A DNA stretch of 64,000 nucleotides from Macrostomum hystrix. Lineage: Eukaryota; Animalia; Platyhelminthes. The notes under the pieces were generated by a model. That model saw only the letters and a program-made list of their open reading frames with translations. It did no database searches and was not told the origin of the DNA. This document shows, one piece after another, positions 24,301-35,328 of this stretch. Location: NCBI GenBank assembly GCA_950097015.1, contig CATNEN010000038.1, positions 28,892,001-28,956,000 on the forward strand, given 5' to 3'. Made by a program: the position numbers and the translations under genes. How positions within the stretch are numbered: the stretch's first letter is position 1; each line of letters starts with the position of its first letter.

Positions 24301-27142
24301 TTCCTCATCGCGGAATCGAGCTCAGGGACCTTGGTGCGAGTAGAAATTGCAACCATTATCTCACGATCTCATCACCAGTTTGATGTTAACTGTACGTTCC
24401 ATTCGGATCGTTTGAATGGACTGATTAAAAAAGTGCGTGTTTTTGATTCACATGAAAAGCGTCGAATTTTTTTAACTTTAGACTAGCTTCCTACATCCGA
24501 AAAATTTGACGTTTGAAAGTGACTTTAGCTTCGCTCACTGCACATTTCTAGATCATCAATGAAGAGACTAATTAACTCACCCAGTCCATAAGCGATATCA
24601 ACAGTACCAGCCGAGTCAAACTGATTGTTCGTTAAAATGAGCTCAACCAAGTTTTCGTTTCTCTGCAAAAGTGTCGACGATAATGAAAGAATAAAATGTT
24701 TCTTTATAATTTTGTAAACTCACTGGTCTTACAAACATCTGGTCTCTAAGCTCATTATTATTATAGATTATTACAGAAATCTTAAAATTCCATCACCTCA
24801 AGCAGCCGCCTTATAAACTTTCCGCAGCGATAATCGAGCTGATTACCTGCAAAATTATACAAACAAATTTTCTTCTACTTGGTCGACACAGTTGAGGGTA
24901 AGTGTAAGAGCGGTTAACGCGTTTGCCTCTCGCACCAATATGTTGATCTGAGCTCGATTCCGCGAGTGAGCATGTGTCTGCGTGCGGTATCTGTATACGT
25001 GTGTGCTCAGGAGTCAGCGAAATAGGCAGAATTGCCTCCTCGCTGGCTGCGGGTATAGTGTCACCAAATTATGTGCCATTACCCGCAGCCCTCCTGCAAT
25101 TATTATTATCATTATTTATACGAGTATATAGTCTCTCAGAGAAATAAAATATTGAATTACCAGACAAATCCAAAACACGGATTGTGCTGTTTCTGAGCAA
25201 GGCGTTTGTGATTGACTCCAGACCCTTAGCGCCTATTTCATTATCTTTAATTCGCTGGAAATAAAGTAGTTAAAGATATTTATTTTTTTTCAACATTTAC
25301 CAGTCGTCACAATGTTGTACAACTCTTCAGTCCATAAATTTTATACTCATTTTACAAATGTTACCAATTGAAGTGAAGCTAAACGGTGCCTCTAAACCAC
25401 GGGTCGGCAAACTCCGGCCCGCGGGCCAGATGCGGCCCTCGAAGCTCCCAAATCCGGCCCGTTGCCCCCTTCCGACACCTAGTATCCTGTCTCATCTCTC
25501 CCTGTCTTATCTCTCCCCTGTCTCATTTTTCCCTGTCTTATCTCTCCCCGGTTTCATCTATCCCCTGTCTTATCTCTCCCCTGTCTCGTCTCTCCCCTGT
25601 CGTATCTCTCCCGTTCCTTATCTCTCCCGTTTCTTATCTCTCCCGTTTCTTATCTCTCCCGTTTCTTATCTCTCCCGTTTCTTATCTCTCCCGTTTCTTA
25701 TCTCTCCCGTTCCTTATCTCTCCCGTTTCTTATCTCTCCATTGTCTCATCTCTCCCCTGTCTCATCTATCCCGTCTTATCTCTCCCCTGTCTCATCTCTC
25801 CCCCGTTTCATCTATCCCCTGCCTTATTTCTACCTTGTCTCATCTCTCCCCTGTCTTATCTCTCCCCTGTCTCATCTCTCCCCTCTTTCATCTATCCCCT
25901 GCCTTATTTCTACCTTGTCTCATCTCTCCCCTGTCTTATCTCTCCCCTGTCTCATCTCTCCCCTCTTTCATCTATCCCCTGCCTTATTTCTCCTTTGTCT
26001 CATCTCTCCCCTGTTTTATCTATCCCCTGTCTTATCTCTCCCCTGTCTCGTCTCTCCCCTGTCTTATCTTTCCCTGTCTTATCTCTCCCCTGTCTCGTCT
26101 CTCCCCTGTCTCATCTCTTCCGTGTCTTATCGCTCCCGTTTCTTTTCTCTCCATTGTCTTGTCTCTCCCATGTCTCATCTCTCGCCTGCTTGATCTCTCC
26201 CGTCTCATATTTCCACAGTCAATGCGGCCCACTATGATATTTTAGGCTCTCTCTTTGGCCCGCTAGCTAATAAGTTTGCCGACCCCTGCTCTAAACTATC
26301 CAATTTTTAGAAGTCTTCAAAATAATACGAGCGTATTTGCAAAATATGCTTTTAATTGCCTACTCTATCATCTCAGGTACTTCTCCCAGCACGAAATCCA
26401 GTCGAATTCTTAAGATCATCCCAGTCTCACCAGTTCTGTAAGGCACACGGTCTCATTCAGAAACAGGGCCACTTGACTTGCTCCTGAGTTTCCGAGTGCG
26501 TTCGATTCTAGATGGAGGCTTCTGAGGTTTACGCAACACTGAAATGGATTTCATATTGTAAGTGTAAAATAAAAATATCTGCAGGAGGGCTGCGGGCAAT
26601 GATTTGGTGAAACTAGACCCGCAGTCAGAGGGGAGGCAATTCCGCCCAGTTCGCTAACTACTGAGCACAGATCCCGTACAGAAACCGTACGCAGGCGCAC
26701 ACTAACGCAGGTGTGTACATGTGTCCTGACTTTCTCATCGTCAGGCAGTGTACACTTCACTGTGCCTTGGAGGTTGGCCCTCATGGGCGTCTTGCGAGAA
26801 ATCCTCTTGCGAGGAATCGAGCTAAGGGACCTTCTTGCGAGAGGCATACGCGTTAACAGCTCTGCCACTTACCCCTCTATAGAGTGTAACGAAGTGCATA
26901 GAAGTGCTTTACACTAAGAGGTCAGCACATCGACTCACCTGCAAAGCTGTGAAGCAAGTCACAGCTTCAATGTCGCCAATTCTTTGGCCTTTTAATTCAA
27001 CGCTATCATCGTCGATGGTGTGCAGTAGTCGTTGAAACGGTGTCAGCCCTGCCGCCTTGCACAGATTTGAGTAGCGCATCTGCAGCTGACTCAACGAATT
27101 CGGTTCGCCGGCATTGTCTCTGTCCGTTGAGTTTCTTCTCAT
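21374..27142 (-). CDS. LRRC74-like protein (RI-type LRRs plus C-terminal EF-hand); exons 27142-26939, 26538-26431, 25254-25161, 24846-24797, 24662-24581, 23877-23501, 22936-22790, 22112-21999, 21661-21374 (1464 nt, 487 aa)
   Basis: All eight introns are GT-AG and in phase. N-terminal YSNLCKAAGLTP..., LRRs such as LTQLDLSWNQV and LETLLLANNGLG, DPMTLLMEFMRIKNLRLMDFF, and EF loop DRDGDGQIDITE reproduce the LRRC74A/B layout. Confidence 0.85.
22376..22714 (+). mobile_element. SINE family B in LRRC74-like intron
   Basis: Full consensus match; TSD TATATC(G/C)ATACTTTTAT at 22358-22374 and 22715-22731. Confidence 0.87.
23930..24035 (-). mobile_element. Family-A (CORE-like) SINE fragment
   Basis: CTGAAGGCTGCGTA...CCCAGCTAATGCTGGTACCCATTTAACAGCTGGGTGAACTGAAGCA matches 6050-6170. 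Confidence 0.75.
24895..25110 (+). mobile_element. SINE family B with internal deletion
   Basis: tRNA head joined directly to the 3' third of the element and an (ATT)n tail. Confidence 0.8.
25398..26288. mobile_element. hAT (Charlie-like) MITE containing an expanded CT-rich ~19-bp minisatellite (about 25487-26205)
   Basis: 16-bp TIRs CACGGGTCGGCAAACT / AGTTTGCCGACCCCTG (one mismatch); perfect 8-bp TSD CTCTAAAC at 25390-25397 and 26289-26296; subterminal CGGCCC repeats typical of Charlie-type MITEs. Confidence 0.92.
26578..26875 (-). mobile_element. SINE family B
   Basis: Reverse complement of the consensus with a deletion in the 5' body. Confidence 0.85.
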
Positions 27143-28169
27143 CTTTGAAAAGCTACACGTTGAGTTTTTATCCTAGTTCAGATAACTTGGTTGTTTTACA
27201 CAGTGTTCTGCTCTCTGTCTTGTTAGTTATAATCTGAAAGATATTCTTATGGACAGGTTTAGCCTATCGGAACAAGCCAATCGACCACTCTCCTCTATCA
27301 ACCCCTTCTCCATCCGTTTTCTGCTCAACGCATGCGGATCCTAAACAGCTCTAACCCGTTTGAAAAAAAAATTTACTATAGCATTTATACGACGTAGCTC
27401 ATGCCTTGTGTTAAAACAATTGTCAGTTAAAAAAAGTCTGCAAGCAAACACGCATGCTAATGATGCGTATGATAGGAATATAATATGGCCGGATCATGCG
27501 AGACTCATTCCGCTTTCTGCTCATAACTGGGAGGATTTTTGAGACCACATACTTAAATTGCATCTAATTGCTTGCTTTTTCATAGCATGAATTTGTATGT
27601 AAAAAACCCAGTGCTGTGAGCAAAGCTATGAAGCCAATGGAAGAAATTAATATTCTGACGTTTAATACCAGCGTACATCTCTTTAACTGGAGCTTATGTG
27701 AAGTTTTAGATTTTTCCTGTGAATTGTTACCAATGTTCCTCATTTTTTATGAAACGCTAAACCCATGGAGGCTTATACCTCTAGGAGAAAAATCTTTGAT
27801 GTGAAACTGTAGACTGCGGTACTAGTCAAAGTGAAGCTTTTGTCATAATAAATAGCGTGCACAACTGCCAGTGAATGCAAGCTTTTTTATAGCGCTTGAT
27901 TGTTGCCAGGCACTGTAAAAATCTATAATATCAAATTACAATCTTGAAATCTACTCTACACTGCTCCAGTTTGCCATTGTGATTCTGTCAGATCTTTACA
28001 ACCACCGCTGTATAATGCAATTCTCAGTCTATTTATAACCTATTGGGTAATCTCTGATCACTTCTGCAACAATACAATGACTGCCAACGCTCAACTGGAG
28101 TGCAGAATTATGGCCTTTGCCTGGAGCTGCGTGTACTCAAGCTGAGGCTCATTCCCTCTCAAGCCAAGA

Positions 28170-28988
28170 GCAGCTCTCCCCTCTCTCCAGCTCTCCCCCT
28201 CTCTCTCCAGCTCCCCCCTCTCTCTCCAGCTCTCCCCTCTCTCTCCAGCTCCCCCTCTCTCTCCAGCTCTCCCCTCTCTCTCCAGCTCTCCCCCTCTCTC
28301 TCCAGCTCTCCCTCTCTCTCTCCAGCTCTCCCTCTCTCTCTACAGCTCTCCCCTCTCTCTCCAGCTCCCCCTCTCTCTCCAGCTCTCCCCTCTCTCTCCA
28401 GCTCTCCCTCTCTCTCTACAGCTCTCCCCTCTCTCTCCAGCTCTCCCCTCTCTCTCCAGCTCTCCCCTCTCTCTCCAGCTCTCCCCCTCTCTCTCCAGCT
28501 CTCCCCCTCTCTCTCCAGCTCTCCCCTTCTCTCCCCAGCTCTCCCTCTCTCTCTACAGCTCTCCCTCTCTCTCTCCAGCTCTCCCCCTCTCTCTCCAGCT
28601 CTCCCTCTCTCTCTACAGCTCTCCCCTCTCTCTCCAGCTCCCCCTCTCTCTCCAGCTCTCCCCTCTCTCTCCAGCTCTCCCCCTCTCTCTCCAGCTCTCC
28701 CCCTCTCTCTCCAGCTCTCCCCTTCTCTCTCCAGCTCTCCCTCTCTCTCTACAGCTCTCCCCCTCTCTCTCCAGCTCTCCCTCTCTCTCTACAGCTCTCC
28801 CCCTCTCTCTCCAGCTCCCCCCTCTCTCTCCAGCTCTCCCCTCTCTCTCCAGCTCCCCCTCTCTCTCCAGCTCTCCCCCTCTCTCTCTCTTTAACCCCCC
28901 TCTCTCTCCAGCTCCCCCCGTCCCTCTCCAGCTCTCCCTTTCTCTCTTTTACTCTCCCCCTCTCTCTCCAGCTCTCCCTCTCTCTCTG
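28170..28988. repeat. Pyrimidine-rich 18-21-bp minisatellite (CTCTCTCTCCAGCTCTCCC)
   Basis: About 40 tandem copies anchored on CAGCT. Confidence 0.95.
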
Positions 28989-29323
28989 TATAGAGAGGTT
29001 TATAATCGTTTCTTTTGCAATTGAATTTATAGATCGAAATAATAAATATTCGTTTGAGCTACTTAATGTATTCGCGGTCAGTAGTAAAAAGGCCAATCTA
29101 CATTTTATTGCAAAAAACTTCCTTTGCAATTTTAAATAAAGTTTTTTTGCATTCTAGTGATAGTTCAGTTGAAAAACATTAAAAGTTAGCAATTAATTTT
29201 ATGTACTGAAATAAAAAATAGGAAAACTGTCGGAATGTTTGGAAAGAAAAATACGAAAATATTATTTTTGTGCATTTACATTTTACTACATAAACTTAAG
29301 TTTAAATTTAGTAATTTTTTGTT

Positions 29324-31087
29324 TTAGCAACGGTGACTTTTGCATCCGCAGCACCACCTGCTCATTAACTGGTGGCAGCTGGTCCTCATGACTTCAGAGT
29401 CGTCAATTGTGACTTTCAACAAGGCACGAGACCGCACTATTTCATTAGTCAAGTCGAGGAATGCTTCCTGTACACCAGATCCTGACACAGCCGACACTGA
29501 CCGGTGGCCCATGACGAGGCCCCAGTGTTTGGCGAACTCTGCGGCGCGATTTGATTCCACCTGCAGCTGGGTGTCCGCAATGTCCGACTTGCAACCCAGT
29601 AGGATTGCGACAGGGTGCGATTCTGGCTTCTGCTAAGGATAAACAGTTTCGTGGATTGTTTCCTACTGCATGAGTATTTTGTTCGAAATTCAGAGGTTAA
29701 TTGGCTGGGCGTTTAACGCGTTCGCCTCTCGCACCAGGGTCCCTGAGCTCGATTCCGCAAAGAGGCCGCATTCATTTGGGGCGCAGCCGCAGAAAGAGGC
29801 TTGGGGGCTTGTCGTGCTATTTACGCCCTTTAGGGGCCAACCCTCCAGGCACAGTGAGAGTGTACACTGCCTGACAATGAGGAAGTCAGGGCAGATGTAC
29901 ACACCTGTGTGAGTGTGTGTTCAGGAGTCAGCGGAATAGGCAGAAATTGTATAGAGAAATAAATATTAATAGTCACATTAATTTCTGAATAAATACGTAA
30001 ACGAATTACTTCGGAAATTCTTTGTTTCACACCTGTGCTTGCCCGGTCCTTGCTTCTGAGTAGGCCAGTTGGTTCTGCATCATTCTTTCGAGTTGGACCA
30101 GTGTGTCCCAGCGACTGACATCGTAAGCGTACATCACAGCGTCAACGGCACTAGTGTACTGCACTCTGAGCTGCTCAAATCGGGGTTGACCGGAGCTGTC
30201 CCAGATTTGCTGATGACAGGTTGTCCTGCAGGGATTCGGAAATTTATCAGGTGACATCTAAGCTACAGTCTAACATCTAAGCTACTGTCTAACATTTAAG
30301 CTACTGTCTAACAGCTAAGCTACTTTCTAACAGCTAAGCTACTGTCTAACATTTAAGCTACTGTCTAACATTTAAGCTACTGTCTAACATCTAAGCTACT
30401 GTCTAACATTTAAGCTACTGTCTAACAGCTAAGCTACTTTCTAACAGCTAAGCTACTGTCTAACATTTAAGCTACTGTCTAACATTTAAGCTACTGTCTA
30501 ACATCTAAGCTACTGTCTAACATTTAAGCTACTGTCTAACAGCTAAGCTACTGTCTAACAGCTAAGCTACTTTCTAACAGCTAAGCTACTGTCTAACATC
30601 TAAGCTACTGTCTAACAGCTAAACTACTGTCTAACAGCTAAGCTACTGTCTAATAGCGTAGCTACTGTCTAACAGCTAAGCTACTGTCTAATAGCGTAGC
30701 TACTGTCTAACAGCTAAGCTACTGTCTAATAGCGTAGCTACTGTCTAACAGCTAAGCTACTGTCTAATAGCGTAGCTACTGTCTAACAGCTAAGCTACTG
30801 TCTAATAGCGTAGCTACTGTCTAACAGGTGCTGATGAACGTAGCCTTCACCATGTCGAGAACCTGAACGTACACATGATCACCCTCAGTCTGCAGTCGGA
30901 TATGGGCCAGTTGATATTCCACACCAATAGTTGGCAGATGGTGCTGCAGTTGGAACTGGGCATCCTGCCCATGCAGGTATCGTCTAACTAGATTAGTTTT
31001 GCCAACACCGCAAGGACCAATCAAAGCTATGCGAATGATATGATCAATGCGTGGCTTCTTCTGCTGATCGTTATTGTGCTGAGCCAT
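29324..31087 (-). CDS. Divergent Rab-like small GTPase; exons 31087-30863, 30209-30033, 29632(or 29629)-29324
   Basis: G1 GPCGVGKT, switch I PTIGVEY, G3 IWDSSGQPRF, G4 GCKSD, G5 SAV, Cys-rich C-terminus RWCCGCKSHRC; phase-0 GT-AG introns. Confidence 0.85.
29697..29950 (+). mobile_element. SINE family B, lacking its 3' end, in Rab-like intron 2
   Basis: Head and body match the consensus and stop at GGCAGAAATTG. Confidence 0.85.
30255..30827. repeat. 19-bp minisatellite (CTAAGCTACTGTCTAACAG) filling Rab-like intron 1
   Basis: About 30 tandem copies with variant blocks. Confidence 0.96.
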
Positions 31088-31444
31088 TCGTGATAAATTG
31101 TCCACCTAATTATTAGTCTAATGATGCTAGACCGGATGAATTGTCGAGTTTTTATAGACCTCAACATGTTTTTTATTTGAACAGCGTTCCGCGGACTTTT
31201 CCTACTTTGCTCCAAGTTTAACACACGGAACGATGGCGCGGCACGATTTAGTTTTATATATAGGAACCCAAAATTAATCCGCGCAGTAGCTAAATGTGTT
31301 ATCGCTATGTGTTTTGCAGTGTGCTTTGGCTGCACAATCTGCATGATCTGTAACACACGGATACTCTGCTAATGCGCACTTGGGAAATCTCTAAAAGTCC
31401 ATGTAATTTATCTGTGTTAATGTGCAGTTTTTGTTAATAATTAC

Positions 31445-31595
31445 ACTGACTCCTGAGCATACAGCACAGATACTGTACGCAGCTACACACTCACACAGGT
31501 GTGTACATCTGCCCTGACTTTCTCATGCTCAGGCAGTGTACACTTTCATTGTGCCTTGGAGGTTGGGCCTCAAGGAAGTAAATTGCACAAGCCTT
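31445..31595 (-). mobile_element. SINE family B internal fragment
   Basis: CTGACTCCTGAGCA...CACAGGTGTGTACATCTGCCCTGACTTTCTCAT...GTGCCTTGGAGGTTGG. Confidence 0.8.
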
Positions 31596-31741
31596 CTTCT
31601 ACAATTCGTTCTATTTAGTGTCTAGTAATGTTCTAAAATTAGCTGTTAAAGTGTTCTGAAGTATTTAGGTTTTTGTAAAAATTCATTGATAAGAAAACTT
31701 CCATTCGAAGACTTTAGTTGACCTATATTTAGAAGCAACCA

Positions 31742-32143
31742 TTATTGTACCATAGACGTTTTTGCCCAAGCTATACTTTCAGAGTCAGAGACGGGGGTGT
31801 GGGGCAGAGCCCCCACTTCGGGGTGCCATAGACATTTTGGCCTCAGTAAGCCATTCCTATTGGTCGAGGCCTTTTTGCGGGCAGTTAATGGCTATTTTAC
31901 CATGACCTTTTGCCCGGCGGGCAGAAAGTCTTGCCCGTTAATGGCCATAGATGAATTAATGCTCGGTAATTTTCTTGCGTAATCTTTTCTAGCCATAAAC
32001 CGCCCGCAAAAGGCATCGACCAATAGGAATGGCTTACTGAGGCCAAAATGTCTATGGCACCCCGAAGTGGGGGCTCTGCCCCACACCCCCATCTCTGACT
32101 CTGAAAGTATATAGCTTGGGCAAAAACGTCTATGGTACAATAA
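31742..32143. mobile_element. Long inverted repeat (foldback-type MITE): ~150-bp arms around a ~95-bp spacer
   Basis: 31742-31893 (TTATTGTACCATAGACGTTTTTGCCCAAGC...) is the near-perfect reverse complement of 31990-32143. Confidence 0.9.
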
Positions 32144-32613
32144 AATTGATACCCAAGCTTTGCGGGCGTCATTAAAAAATCCTAACGGCGCCCTCTGATT
32201 TTCCATTAACGCCCTTAAAGCATGGGTATTAATGGTACTCGTATATTATCACCCGCATGTAATTGTGTGCTTTTTTCACTAAAAGCACGTTGATTGTTTA
32301 TTTATATCGAGTTGTGTCAGTAAGTTATTCGTCATTCGCCGCTTTTGGTAGCTAGAAATTATAATCTACAGTCTTATCAGTTGAAAATTTTGGACGAATT
32401 TTAATTCAATTTCCACTGTCGTGAATGTTTTCTAATATGAGTCAGCTCAATATTATTTTATAGTTCGATAGTAAAAGTTTATTTAAGAATCTTTATCGCT
32501 TATCTTGGCTGTTTGTTGATGTCTTAAATTCCGAGGCTGAGTCCAAGGCTTATAAAAGTAATTCACCTTTCCGCCTGTGTTTCAAATTTTATCCCTATTG
32601 ATTTATTCAACCC

Positions 32614-33686
32614 ATGTACTCAAGCATGGAGCAACTCAATAATAGTTTAGTGTCTGTGCTTCTGCTAGGCGAATCTGGAGTTGGCAAGAGTGCGCTAGTT
32701 CAACGATTTCTTGAGAATACATTTTCTGAGCACAGCTTGCCAACAGTTGAATCGGCCGTGCACCGCTTTGAAGCTCCTGGATTGACTGCAACTGCTCAGG
32801 TTGGCTACTCAGTGTTCTCAGCTTTTCCTGTAATTTTTTGCTGTCGTTTCTAACGGCATTTGTGTGTAGGAGACTAGATATTATATGATAAGAGTAGAGT
32901 GTGAGATAATGAGAGTAGAGTGTAAGACAATGAGAGTAGAGTGTGAGATAATGATATTAGAGTGTGAGACAATGAGATTATGGTGCGAGAATTTGAGCAG
33001 GGCGATAAAAGACAAGTTCAGGTGAGTGAAAGAGAGGGAAGGTTGGAGTGTGAAAGAATATTTTAGAGAGGCTAGAGGCCAGGAAGAGAGAATGTAGTTT
33101 CTACTGTGGTATGAAAGGAAAAATAATGGAAATAAATGGAAAAAGCACAAAATGCATTGGCCCCAACCCACCCGGACAGATAGTGGACACATCCGGGCAC
33201 TCCCGTTACTGGCAGGCCATCAGTCGTAAGCACCTGGCAGGTGCCGCGGTAGTTATTTTAGTCTACGATGCCACCAGACGGTCGAGTTTGGACAGCCTAG
33301 ACAAGCAGCTGGCGGCTCTGCAGTTTTGCTGCCAGTCCGACTGTCTGCTCGATGTCAGCGTGCTGGGCAACAAGATCGACTTGCGTCGCCAAGCTGAGGT
33401 CTCGACAGACGAGGGTCGAGTCTGGGCTGAGCAGCGCTGTCTGAGGCACTACTCGGTATCGGCTAAGACAGGCCTGGCCATAGACAGCCAGTTCAGCAGC
33501 TCCGTTGCGGCCGTGTTCTCCAGACTCATTGAACAGCTTCGGCAGCCCGCTTCGGAGGAAAACAGCTCAGAGTATGAAGCACAGACCGGCCATTGTCAGT
33601 GCTTCCCCTGCTTGGAGTTGTTGAGCAGTTTGTCTCGGCGAGTGTGGCTGAGGCTGCGACGCAGGTGTACAGTCGAGCCAGTCTGA
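32614..33686 (+). CDS. Divergent Rab-like small GTPase; exons 32614-32799 and 33180-33686 (230 aa)
   Basis: G1 GESGVGKS, switch I PTV, G3 IVDTSGH, VILVYDAT, G4 GNKID, G5 SAKTG; CAG|GT..ACAG|ATA phase-0 junction. Confidence 0.87.
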
Positions 33687-33874
33687 ACAGTTTATTTATG
33701 ACAAAATCTGTCATTTGTTTTACTGTGCTTAATGTCTTTTCTGTTTAAATGCATACCTTATTCCTTGCATCACCGTTAATCAATACTTGCTTGACTTATT
33801 TTTCATAAAATGTCTTTCGAATATTAAATCATTGATTATTTGTGACTTCTTGCCTATCAATGTAAGAAATGGAT

Positions 33875-35328
33875 AGAGTCAGAGTGAGATATGGAGAGAG
33901 TCAGGGTGAGATATTGAGATAGTCAGGGTGAGATATGGAGGGAGTCAGGGTGAGATATGGAGAGAGTCAGGGTGAGATATGGAGAGAGTCAGGGTGAGAT
34001 ATGGAGAGAGTCAGGGTGAGATATGGAGAGAGTCAGGGTGAGATATGAAGAGTCAGGGTGAGATATGGAGAGAGTCAGAGTGAGATATGGAGAGTCAGGG
34101 TGAGATATGGAGGGAGTCAGGGTGAGATATGGAGGGAGTCAGGGTGAGATATGGAGGGAGTCAGGGTGAGATATGGAGAGAGTCAGGGTGAGATATGGAG
34201 AGAGTCAGAGTGAGATATGGAGGGAGTCAGGGTGAGATATGGAGAGAGTCAGGGTGAGATATGGAGAGAGTCAGGGTGAGATATGGAGAGAGTCAGGGTG
34301 AGATATGGAGGGAGTCAGGGTGAGATATGGAGGGAGTCAGGGTGAGATATGAAGAGACAAATTAAGATATGGAGACAGTCAGGGTGAGATATGGAGAGAG
34401 TCAGGGTGAGATATGGAGGGAGTCAGGGTGAGATATGGAGGGAGTCAGGGTGAGATATGGAGGGAGTCAGGGTGAGATATGGAGAGAGTCAGGGTGAGAT
34501 ATGGAGAGTCAGGGTGAGATATGGAGAGAGTCAGGGTGAGATATGGAGACAGTCAGGGTGAGATATGGAGGGAGTCAGGGTGAGATATGGAGAGAGTCAG
34601 GGTGAGATATGGAGAGAGTCAGGGTGAGATATGGAGGGAGTCAGGGTGAGATATGGAGACAGTCAGGGTGAGATATGGAGAGAGTCAGGGTGAGATATCG
34701 AGGGAGTCAGGGTGAGATATGGAGAGAGTCAGGGTGAGATATGGAGAGAGTCAGGGTGAGATATGGAGGGAGTCAGGGTGAGATATGGAGGGAGTCAGGG
34801 TGAGATATGGAGAGAGTCAGGGTGAGATATGGAGAGAGTCAGGGTGAGATATGGAGGGAGTCAGGGTGAGATATGGAGGGAGTCAGGGTGAGATATGAAG
34901 AGACAAATTAAGATATGGAGACAGTCAGGGTGAGATATGGAGAGAGTCAGGGTGAAATATGGAGGGAGTCAGGGTGAGATATGGAGGGAGTCAGGGTGAG
35001 ATATGGAGGGAGTCAGGGTGAGATATGGAGAGAGTCAGGGTGAGATATGGAGAGTCAGGGTGAGATATGGAGGGAGTCAGGGTGAGATATGGAGACAGTC
35101 AGGGTGAGATATGGAGGGAGTCAGGGTGAGATATGGAGAGAGTCAGGGTGAGATATGGAGAGAGTCAGGGTGAGATATGGAGGGAGTCAGGGTGAGATAT
35201 GGAGACAGTCAGGGTGAGATATGGAGAGAGTCAGGGTGAGATATCGAGGGAGTCAGGGTGAGATATGGAGAGAGTCAGGGTGAGATATGGAGAGAGTCAG
35301 GGTGAGATATGGAGGGAGTCAGGGTGAG
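33875..35328. repeat. 22-bp purine-rich minisatellite (GAGATATGGAGAGAGTCAGGGT), about 65 copies, with a 546-bp higher-order duplication
   Basis: Tandem copies; rare variants ACAAATTAAG at 34357/34903 and ATATCG at 34699/35245 are both 546 bp apart. Confidence 0.97.

Noticed and set aside
25358-29139. Long L/S/P-rich ORFs (25358-26245, 25386-26237, 28100-28894, 28117-29139)
   Set aside because: They are stop-free translations of CT-rich minisatellites, open in several frames at once.
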